DNA of 64,000 bases, taken from Schizochytrium sp. TIO01 (Eukaryota; Protista; Bigyra: Labyrinthulomycetes). Numbering within the stretch: the stretch's first letter is position 1; the number at the start of each line of letters is the position of its first letter. The stretch spans positions 6,306,761 through 6,370,760 of the forward strand of contig SMSO01000031.1 of the NCBI GenBank assembly GCA_004764695.1, read 5' to 3'. Shown here one piece after another: positions 20,827 to 29,983 of this stretch. Position numbers and translations under genes: made by a program. The notes beneath the pieces are model-generated. The model did no database searches. It was not told the DNA's origin and saw only the letters and a program-made list of their open reading frames with translations.

Positions 20827-23655
20827 TCACAAGGACTTAAACGCTTCACGTGCTGCCTTGAGCTCCTCGATGTCCACATCCTCAACATCACCATCAAGGA
20901 AGCGCACGCGAAACATTTCCTCAGGCTCCTCCTCCGTAGCGGGCAAGAAGCCTACAACAACAGCAGGACAGAGTACCCCATCGAGGTCGCGTGCTACGGG
21001 CTCAAAAAGAAGTTCATGACCCTCCTTTAGGAAGGTTTCACCATCATCAGAAGTCTCCACGACCTGCTGTTCTTCGGCAATAATAGCTTTCTGCAAAAGC
21101 TCAGCAAGCTCAGCCTTAAGACCCTTGGCAGGAATACCACGCTGAGTGAGCTCAGCCTTGAGTTCGGTCACCTTAAGCAGAGAAGGGATCATGATGCCAC
21201 GGCGCGGGCTGCCAGGTGCTTCTGCAACAGCATCTTCGGAGACATCCTCAGAAGTAGCACCATTCAAAATCAGGCTACGCTGTTCCTCCGGAAGGCCTAC
21301 GAGGAATTTTGCGAGCCGCTCTACCAGCTCCGCTTTCAAACCCTTGGTCTCAAGATCGGCATCCTTAAGCATAGTGCGCAGTTCAGCTACCTTGAAGCCG
21401 TTGCACTGAGTACGCAAGGCCGCGAACTCCTCTGACTCCTCTTCGACCTCTTCCGCTTCACCAGCTCCAAGGAGTTCCTCCTCCTCCTCACCGTGGTTAG
21501 CGTTGTGCTCACTTGGCTCAGGGGCCTTCTTGACACTTGCCTCAGCAATGCGCATAGACTTGCGGCGAGCAGGTGGGGCAGCAGCGCGGGGCTCCTCATC
21601 GGCACTCACATCCTCATCATCTTCGGAAGCAGATTCCATCGCAGCACTCTCCTCATCATCTTCGATCTCGAGAGCGCGCTCCTGCATTTTCTCAAATGCA
21701 GATGGGTCCTTGGTCAAAGGAGACGGTGCTTGAAAAGATGCTTCAACCTTCTGGCAAGCCTCCTCTTCTTCCTGAACTTCACCTTCGATTACGGTGTTCT
21801 CAAGTTGGTTGGCAAGCGCAGCCATCACATCGGTATCCTCAGCTTCGCTAACCTCGGCCTCGATATGGGACTCCTGGAGGTGCTCCTCTTCTTCCTCACC
21901 TTCATCGTCAACTTCTTCGTCATTAGCCTTTACAGGAGTGGTTACCTTGAGGGATACGACATCATCGACCTCATCGTTGTTATCACCCTCACACTCGGAG
22001 TCAAGCATCTCCTCCTGGTCGTCACCATGGGACACGGTCGAAGCTCCATCAGACTCGTCACCGTCGCGCTCGTAGTCGGAGTACGTCCAGTGCACAGCGA
22101 CGCTTGTGGCAGCGGAGTGTGGCGTGTCGGAAGGCGTGTCGAAGACCTTGTGGGTGCCCTCGAACCGGGTCTGCTGCTTAGGAGTTCTGCAAGCCTCCTC
22201 CTCGTCAAGCTCTTCTTCCTCCTCCTCGTCATAGTTCTCGACATAGTCGCCCTCATATCCAGTCTCCTGCTCCTCTTGCGTGGTCATCAATTCATCCTGA
22301 AGGGTTGCGGACCGAAGGCGCTGCGTGAGCTCATCAATAGACCAGTCAGCGTACTTGTCAACATTGTAGCCGCACGCCTTAAGCTGGGCCTCAATATCAG
22401 CGCGCGATGGAGATGCAGCAGAGTTCACGAGCTCATCCTCATCCTCGTCCTCAAAATCATCATCGTCCAAAAGCTCATCATCATCTTCGTGATCGTCAGA
22501 GTGCATGCTGCCGGCAGCAGATGATTCAAGGTCATCGTCATCATCCGCGAGCTTGTTGAGGTCGAGTGGTGTGGCAGCAGCTCCGCTTTTCCGGGACTTG
22601 AAGAACTTTGCAGCAGATGCCGGAAGGCCTGTAAAACGCTCTTCTTCAATATCCTTACGCAGGGGTGTAGCCAATACCTTCTTCACTTCGGGCTTTTCAA
22701 CAGGCTTCGCGTTACGAATCTCTTCGCGAATGGGCGTGCTAAGGGCGCTCTTCTTCTTGGAAAAGATATCCTGCTGCTTGCTGGTATCTCGAGCCTCGAT
22801 GGCTTCACGCATGGGAGTTGCCAGTGCGGTTTTCTTGGACTCGCCAGCTCTGCTTTTCTGGTCCTGTGTCTTGGCTTGATTGTTGTTACTCTTCTTGCTC
22901 TGCTGCTCTTGGTCTTGGCCGCTCTTGCGAATTGGCGTTGGCAATGCGGATGATGGACTTTCGTTCTCCTCGTTCTCGGACTTGTTTTTCTGGTTCACAA
23001 GGGCCTTGCGAATCGGTGTCGGCAGGGCGCGACTATTCTTGGCCTTGGCCTTAGATGCCGACTTGGTCTTACCAGGCGTGCTCTTGAGTGCTCCAAAGAT
23101 GTCATCGACCATCTTGCTCACCTCATTGGCCTTCTCACTCATTTCCTCGATGGTCCTGGCTTCACCTCGGTTCTGGTTTTGGTTCTTTTCCTTGAGAGCG
23201 GACCTGCTATTGGGCGTCTTCAGCTGCTTGGACTGTTTGGACTTCACGCTCACGACCTGGTTGATGTTTTGCGAAAAGTGCTGCGAACTGACCCACTTGA
23301 ACCTGCGGTCCGCGATGGTAATGACATCGCCAGACTTGAGCACGGTCTCATCATCGACGACGCTGCTGTTGACCATGGTCATGTTCTTCTTGGTGAGGTT
23401 CTGCATAGAGATGTTGCCGTTCTCGTCGAGGCAGATGAAGGCGTGCTTGCGAGACACGTAAGGAAGCCCAATGCGAATGTCACAGTCGTCAGTGCGACCG
23501 ATGAGGGCCTTGCCGTAAAACGGAAGGCGATCTCCCTCGTCACCGTTCCTGTCGATGACAACAATCTCTCCGTACATAAGCTCGCCAGTGGCATCTTCAT
23601 CACGAAGCGAAGACTTCGCTGGGGTGGCCATTGCACGCTGCATCGTCTGCGACAT
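20827..23655 (-). CDS. Ki-67-like FHA domain protein with TP repeats, acidic region, two SAP domains and a C-terminal Tudor-like domain
   Basis: FHA: IVVIDRNGDEG...IGRTDDCDIRIGLPYVSRKH...GDVITIADRRFKW. SAP: FKVAELRTMLKDADLETKGLKAELVERL and LKVTELKAELTQRGIPAKGLKAELAELL. Tudor-like: AVVVGFLP...FRVRFLDGDVEDVD. First ATG at 23655. Confidence 0.85.
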   Translation of the reverse strand: MSQTMQRAMATPAKSSLRDEDATGELMYGEIVVIDRNGDEGDRLPFYGKALIGRTDDCDIRIGLPYVSRKHAFICLDENGNISMQNLTKKNMTMVNSSVVDDETVLKSGDVITIADRRFKWVSSQHFSQNINQVVSVKSKQSKQLKTPNSRSALKEKNQNQNRGEARTIEEMSEKANEVSKMVDDIFGALKSTPGKTKSASKAKAKNSRALPTPIRKALVNQKNKSENEENESPSSALPTPIRKSGQDQEQQSKKSNNNQAKTQDQKSRAGESKKTALATPMREAIEARDTSKQQDIFSKKKSALSTPIREEIRNAKPVEKPEVKKVLATPLRKDIEEERFTGLPASAAKFFKSRKSGAAATPLDLNKLADDDDDLESSAAGSMHSDDHEDDDELLDDDDFEDEDEDELVNSAASPSRADIEAQLKACGYNVDKYADWSIDELTQRLRSATLQDELMTTQEEQETGYEGDYVENYDEEEEEELDEEEACRTPKQQTRFEGTHKVFDTPSDTPHSAATSVAVHWTYSDYERDGDESDGASTVSHGDDQEEMLDSECEGDNNDEVDDVVSLKVTTPVKANDEEVDDEGEEEEEHLQESHIEAEVSEAEDTDVMAALANQLENTVIEGEVQEEEEACQKVEASFQAPSPLTKDPSAFEKMQERALEIEDDEESAAMESASEDDEDVSADEEPRAAAPPARRKSMRIAEASVKKAPEPSEHNANHGEEEEELLGAGEAEEVEEESEEFAALRTQCNGFKVAELRTMLKDADLETKGLKAELVERLAKFLVGLPEEQRSLILNGATSEDVSEDAVAEAPGSPRRGIMIPSLLKVTELKAELTQRGIPAKGLKAELAELLQKAIIAEEQQVVETSDDGETFLKEGHELLFEPVARDLDGVLCPAVVVGFLPATEEEPEEMFRVRFLDGDVEDVDIEELKAAREAFKSL

Positions 23656-25575
23656 TTTTGGCTTCTCTATTCCGTAGTTGTTTTTGCTTTGATGCCAAAT
23701 CAACGTTGAGCTTCGTGCGCTAAAGAGTGCGTAACCGCCACAAATATAAACTTCAAACGGCGGCTTCGGTTGCAAACTTTTAGCACAAGTTGCACTGGGT
23801 GCTTCTTGTAAAACCGAAGGTTTATTCTTTTGGGAACGCTGCCAAGAACCTTGCAGATCGCAAGCTGCCTCGCGTCAAACTTGCGAGTCTTGCGCTGGTT
23901 GATCCCCGCGCCTTTTCGAGCTTTTCTTCACGTTTACGTCGCCTCCAGCGACACAAACGCTTCTCAAGTCTAGACCTTTTCTCTGGAAACCAGTTGCGAG
24001 TTTGGTTTCACAATCTTCGCTGCCTTACTGTCTGGTCCCATATTCCCTTCATCTTCAGCCTAGTGCATTCTCTAGGACCCCACTAGCCCTCGCTATCAGT
24101 TTCCCTCAATTTACTCTATCTCCGTTATCCATGACCACGCGGAAAACCGCCCGCCTCAATGCACCTTAAACTGCCCTCGCTCCTCCTTACGCGCTATAGA
24201 CGCAATATAGAAAAGACTTACGTTATTCCCCCTTTCTGAAATTGACCTCTTTAAGCGCGGTCGTGATGCTACGATCATAAATGTTGTGATATGATATTGC
24301 GGGGCCACACGAAGATAATGGCGTATATCGAGCGCTGGAGCTGAGGTTAAGGTGGGACACATCGCGCTGGTAGCACGGCGGAGACCAAGCATTGCACATC
24401 TGGAGCCAAAGTCATGAAGAGTGAGAATCATAAATGCGAGACCCAAGCGATGGGAGCGACGCTGATATATAGGTGTAGAAGATGGGCGTTTTGTATGTTC
24501 TAGATTGCAACGTTTGGTGACGCTGCGAGTTCTTTCCACATGTGTAGAATCTCTTTGAAGTCAAAGTGGGATTGGCGTGTTTTGCATCTTGCAATTGATC
24601 ACCAAATCAAATTATTGAAGAGCTGGTGCATTATGAAACTTCACGTTATGCTCACGATAACGCGGTGACAGAAACGTCTACTCGAAGCCTTCAGTTTGTG
24701 TTCCACATCTGTCATGCCATATGTGATTCCATGCCATTTTATAATACTCAGTCTCATATTTTGCTTTAGGATAATGTTTATACGCGTATAATATGCAGGG
24801 CGAATATTTTAGTTTGTTTTAATTTTTAATTTTTTTAAATTAAAATTAAAATAAATTATAAGGAGAAAATCTATTTTGTTTTAATTTAGAAAATTAAAAC
24901 AAAATACCTTTGTTACCTATATATACATATACGTATGTACAGAATGAGAATCTTGAGGACTCTGGATTGCCAAGCTGATCGAACGAGCTGTACAAGCGTA
25001 AGATTCACCTCCTCTGCAACACCAAAGCCCAGAGAGAAAGAAAAAACAATATCGCCACACTGATATGCACCCTTTGAGGAAAATTAAGAAAACAGGTGTT
25101 AAATATCTCTGTGTTGCTTAGACCGGGATATTTGTCTAATCAGGGACGCTAGAGAACGTGTGCGTCCTGGCCCATTTGAAGACGAACTCTTGGCAAAACT
25201 CGAACTGCACCACTCTGACTCCGGTTGTGCATGCTAGCTGGAGACCGAGAGAGGAGTTTTAGTTTTGGGGGTATAGCTTTGCTTGTGTTGGAGTTGTTTA
25301 CGCTCGTATCTGCTTGCAGTCAGGATCAGCAATCGGAGCGCATCAAGATCCAGTTCTTGCTCAGTACCTGGTACATCCTTGTTTCCCCCCCCCAGAACTC
25401 GGACACCCTTACTGGTTGACACGCGTGCTTAGAACTTGTCTTGGCTGACGGCGGGTAAAAAGAAGCAATTGTTCTGACCAAGTCTTTTCACTGGCATTCC
25501 TTGCTGACTGCGAAGTCTCTTGTTCTTGTTCGGGTTAAAGGTTCTTTGATTTTCATTGCAAAACTGAGGGACACA

Positions 25576-27171
25576 ATGGATCTTAGCTTACAATATGGAA
25601 ACTCGGAAAACGAGGCAATGTATAATTCTATGCAACCCAGCGGAGATAAACAGAGTACACATAAGAACAATGTCAAAGAGGCTTTCCCAATGAACATCGT
25701 TTCATCATCTGCAGAATTGCTTGTAGAACAAAGCATTCTAGAACTACGGGACAAGCTGAGCGCCTTGGAATGCCCTGAAGCACTTCGTAGCGAGGACGGC
25801 TGTAAACAATTTATCTTGGAGTGTCTTTTACATGGTTCACCCCAAGAAAAACAACCTGATCGTGATAGTTGCTTAGTTTTTGATAAGGAAGACATTGCGA
25901 CCGTGGACCCAGCTTGTCTTCAAATACTCTGTGCAGAGATTGCCACAGAAGGTTTCAAGCCATTTTCTGAGCTTGCTTCAGAGCTTGGAGTTGCAGCAAA
26001 TTGTATGGGTTCCAAAATCACCGCGCACGAAAAAAATGTACTGGAAAGCTTCCTGCGAGACGAGAAGAGTAGCCATGGAAAGCGTGGGTTGGAGCGATTT
26101 GCAGGTGAGCTGACTGGTAAGTTTGTAGATATGATCGAGCACCTTCTTAAGAGCTGCATGACCTTAGACGAAGAACATATCCTTCATCAGTTTCAAAATC
26201 GATGGCTGCGTCTTGCAGGCTCGCCATGGTTTGCACATCTTTGGGGTCTATGCGTAGCTGAGGCAAACGGATCACTGGGCCGCGAGGAGGTCCTCGAGCG
26301 TCTAGAGCTATTGTCACGTGACAGCTCGCGCCAGAATGAACCTCATACCAAGATCATTGATGCAATTGGAGCTTTACCTGAAGCAGAAGATCATATTCCA
26401 GCTGATGAGCGTCGACTGTGCGCTACGTTGGCTTGCCAATGGAAAGTTATGTTTCTTCACGCTCAAGAACAACGTCACACCTTTCTCACAGAAATGCTGC
26501 CACTCAAGGATCCCCCCGCAAGTTTACATTGCCGTGAGGTTGTTTTCCAAGAAGAAGTTGTACTTTATCATTTAGCAGGCTTTTTTATTCGCCAATATTG
26601 CCGGCTTGTTGGTGAGGTCCCCAATACAAGCAAACAAGTCGAATGGCTTCTTGTGAGTTTAGGCCGCATTGCTGATATCGACGCGGATAACGCAGATAAT
26701 ATGATACAGGATGTCATCCATCAGATTCGCTCGAACGAAAGTCATGACACAGCCGACCCCTTGATGAAGACAACGGGGCTCCTTGCCAACGAAGACAACC
26801 TAAAAACTCAAGTTTTATTTGCACATGCTCGTGAGTATGTGGGACAGCAACAACAACTTATTCATCCGTCTAAGCCAGTACTCGCATATATGAGCGCTTT
26901 AGAATCGAAAGTGCGCAGCTGGATCTGTGTGGGCCAGATAGTCCACAGCAATGTCATTGCTCGAGCGGAAGCAGCTCTCGAAAGTGATGACGACCTTTTG
27001 TATCTCTTGTCATGTGCCTTGGTAGAGCACGTGAGATTCTCTGAGGAGGAGAACTCAATCTTCACTCATCAGGACTCCATTTTACACGTGCACTCTGTCT
27101 TTGTGCAAATCGCGACTGAAATCAGGCTCCGTCGGCATCTCAACGGCCGGGCTGTACCGATGCAGTCATAA
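25576..27171 (+). CDS. Hypothetical helical protein, with a P-element/THAP9 transposase C-terminal-like motif
   Basis: 531-aa uninterrupted ATG ORF with protein-like composition; EEVVLYHLAGFFIRQY ... QLIHPSKPVLAYMSALESKV. Confidence 0.7.
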   Translation: MDLSLQYGNSENEAMYNSMQPSGDKQSTHKNNVKEAFPMNIVSSSAELLVEQSILELRDKLSALECPEALRSEDGCKQFILECLLHGSPQEKQPDRDSCLVFDKEDIATVDPACLQILCAEIATEGFKPFSELASELGVAANCMGSKITAHEKNVLESFLRDEKSSHGKRGLERFAGELTGKFVDMIEHLLKSCMTLDEEHILHQFQNRWLRLAGSPWFAHLWGLCVAEANGSLGREEVLERLELLSRDSSRQNEPHTKIIDAIGALPEAEDHIPADERRLCATLACQWKVMFLHAQEQRHTFLTEMLPLKDPPASLHCREVVFQEEVVLYHLAGFFIRQYCRLVGEVPNTSKQVEWLLVSLGRIADIDADNADNMIQDVIHQIRSNESHDTADPLMKTTGLLANEDNLKTQVLFAHAREYVGQQQQLIHPSKPVLAYMSALESKVRSWICVGQIVHSNVIARAEAALESDDDLLYLLSCALVEHVRFSEEENSIFTHQDSILHVHSVFVQIATEIRLRRHLNGRAVPMQS

Positions 27172-27355
27172 AGAGGCAATTTACACCCTGTATATAGCAA
27201 GCACATCAGTGCAGTGCATAGAGTCGTATCTGTCCCGAGTTTGTCAAACTTATTATAACAGCATAATCCTTGTCCATTTTGGCTCCACTTCTCGCTTGCA
27301 TTCTCGCCAACTTAGTATTGCAATACCTTCACCGGCACGTATGCGCAATTCATTT

Positions 27356-27510
27356 GTCGGGTCTCCACTGCCAGCCAGAGTAGTTGTCCTCAAGTCAAAC
27401 TTCACAAAAGACGCATGGCCGAATCATCAGCTCTGCCAAGATCAGGCACGCGGTCCCACACGTGAATCCTGGCCTCGCCGGTGGTCTTGGAGACCCGGCG
27501 AGCTTTTTTT
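27356..27510 (+). other. Structured element: two competing GC-rich stems followed by T7
   Basis: 27474-27481 CTCGCCGG pairs with 27495-27502 CCGGCGAG. Alternatively, 27356-27367 GTCGGGTCTCCA pairs with 27488-27499 TGGAGACCCGGC (one G-U). TTTTTTT lies at 27504-27510. Confidence 0.45.
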
Positions 27511-28549
27511 GTGCGTCATCCTCAAGGTATCGAATTGGCCCTGGAATTGCCTGCCTTTAAGGCGTCTCAATCCTAACCACCGCCTGCTTTCGTTAAGCTT
27601 AATAGGCCTGTTCTCGCTCGGTCGCATCGCCGTGCATATGCACCACGTACACCTTCATAGGCGGGTCTCGGCGGTTGGGCCCCTTAGTTTAAGGCGGTCT
27701 CATCTAACCACGGGCACGTACGATGAGAGTGCTTTTATTGATCTATAATGAATAAATAACAAATAATCAATCAGCAATCAATCGCTGAGGGGTGTGCCTT
27801 CCAACGCTCGCTCGATTCCCTCAACGTTCGGCGCTGATCGGTCTGCGTCTGCCGACTTCCGAGGGAGCGTCCAAAGCGTGTCGGCACGAGAGCCGCCCTT
27901 CAGCAGCTCGTTAGAAAGAAAGAAGCGGCGCCTTCGACTTTCCGCAACAGTTCTCATGAAGAATAATAGACAGTTAAAAGTGCGCACACAGAACCTTTTA
28001 ATTCAATCAACTGTAAAACAAACGAACTAATAACAGAGAATGTGCGATATGATGATACATAAGCACACATGTTCCATCTCATTTTATTCTAGCCAAGAGA
28101 TCGATCGCCCTCGAAACTGAGCACGCGAGCCCACGCTTCTTCACGAGACGGTCTTCTTTGGGACCCGCGTGGCTATAGATCTGTGTGTATGCGTGTCTGT
28201 GTTTATACACATATGTTTGTTCTCAAGCTCGAGGTGGCTGGCTCACTCAGTCAGGATTCCGCTTTCTTGGAATTGATTGCCATTCTCAGAACAGGAGATT
28301 GATCGATCGATCAGCCAATCAGTTCTTCAAGATGGTCTGAAGAGCACCAGCGACCGGAGAGACCCAGTTCTAGAAACGCGTTGGCAGTTGGCGTCGAGGG
28401 CCTATTTCTTCGAGTGAGTGAGTGGAGTGCCTCACGCCGTTATCCACGCAGGAGAACCCGAACTTGGACCTGAGTTTAGTGCCGCACAAAACGGAAATAA
28501 AGTTCATAAATTTATAAGTTAATGAATGTTTATCTAACTAACTCACTAA

Positions 28550-28622
28550 CTTAATAAATAAAGTTCATAAATAAATAAATAAATAAAGTTCATAAATAAA
28601 GTTCATAAATAAATAAAGTTCA

Positions 28623-28657
<35 letters not shown>

Positions 28658-28698
28658 ATGAATGAATGAATGAATGAATGAATGAATGAATGAATGAA
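28550..28698. repeat. Compound (AAAT)n/(GAAT)n microsatellite with interspersed AAAGTTCAT units
   Basis: Read directly from the sequence. Confidence 0.92.
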
Positions 28699-29173
28699 AA
28701 TAACAGTATAATGCATAACACAACTAAATCAGCAGCCTTGAAACAAGAGCATTCGAAAGGATGCAATCAATCCAAGACTTCGGTTCATGGCGCACAAACT
28801 CCCCAAAGCCTCTGCGGCGCTTTCATTCGTCAACAGCCTCTGTTCGTGGAGGTGTACTTCGTCTCTCACAGTCTTTCGAAAGAGAGATATTTAGCGAAAA
28901 CGAGAATGAGCTTTGAAGAGAGCGGTGGTTAGGTTAGTTATAAACTAATGAACGAATAGATAGATAGATATAAACAGATGAATGAAGAGGTACAGGGCAT
29001 TACATTTTCATCTGCGAAAACCCGAACGAGTTCTCGAGATCGCAGCGGCAAATTGAGCCTCTCGGACCGAAGACTGACTGGGCTGCCGCGAGCCTGCTCT
29101 GCCCCTCCCTTTGTCTGTCCCAGTTTTGGCTCTTGAGCGAGTGAGTGAATGAATGAGTTCATGATGTAAAAGC

Positions 29174-29228
29174 TTGTTTGTTTGTTTGTTTGTTTGTTTG
29201 TTTGTGTTTGTTTGTTTGTTTGTTTGTT
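29174..29228. repeat. (TTTG)n microsatellite
   Basis: Read directly from the sequence; one interruption. Confidence 0.93.
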
Positions 29229-29983
29229 CAAAGGAGCCTTGCCTAACCACCATCAAACTGGTAGTATTAACCCTATGTGTGGGCTAGTCGAGCTCGGTGG
29301 TTAGGTTGTTATCAATAAAATGATTTTCCTTTCAACTCCTAAAATAACAATCAAATAAACCTCTCTTAGGATAAGTATGGTTTCCGAGCTCTATATGAAA
29401 ATAAGCAGAAAACAAACAAAGAAAAGAGAAACTCGTTGATCTATCTATGACATCATATGCCGATCTTGGAAAGCTCTTCAAAAGTTAGAGAAAGAGAACT
29501 CTTGTCTGAGTTTTCAAAAGAGTTTTAAGAATTTGAGATATTAGCGCCTAATATAGAGAGAAGTGGTGGTTAGGTTGGAGGGAAAGGAAAGGAAGCGGTG
29601 GTAGGGTCCACATAAGGTATAATGTAGGATCTGCCTAACTACCTGGACATGAAATAAGAGTTTTAAAAAGAACAATTGATCGATTTGGACTCGAGTTCGA
29701 TTGGAGCAGCAGAACCTTTGGCAGCAAACCCAAAACCGCGACAGGTCGCCTTGCACGCAAGGCACCGAGCGGCAACAGCGCATAGCGAAGGCGAGCGAGG
29801 TTGCGACGTTACGTCGCCTGCGAAAGGCTTCTTTCCAAGCGAAAGGAGCTACTGTATTGAGACTTGCTCGAGCGTCGCGAAGACCGACCGAGCAAAGGTT
29901 AACCGACTAACTAACGACCACCGAAGCGGTCGTTAGATATATATTGTTCAATCGATCAAACTAAGATCACTGATCTATTCAAG

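Larger units (their letters stand above)
27572..29936. promoter_or_regulatory. Cluster of GGT(G/C)GTTAG(G) motifs upstream of RNR
   Basis: Perfect GGTGGTTAGG or its reverse complement at 27572, 28924, 29242, 29296 and 29565. Variants at 27704 and 29634, and an inverted pair at 29911/29928. Confidence 0.5.

Noticed and set aside
21146-23709. Multiple plus-strand ORFs (up to 343 aa) over the FHA-SAP gene
   Set aside because: Antisense mirrors of a low-complexity Glu/Asp-rich gene, giving Leu/Ser-rich nonsense.
23728-23765. CHR/MSA-like cell-cycle elements (TTTGAA, AACGG) upstream of the Ki-67-like gene
   Set aside because: Single 5-6 nt matches are expected by chance and cannot be supported without conservation data.
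27525-27590. tRNA-like fragments on the minus strand (GTGGTTAGGATT ... TTCGATACC)
   Set aside because: No acceptor or anticodon stems can be formed; better explained by the local GGTGGTTAGG motif.
27101-27748. 215-aa plus-strand ORF
   Set aside because: Non-ATG start overlapping the previous gene, Arg/Leu/Ser-rich, no domain.
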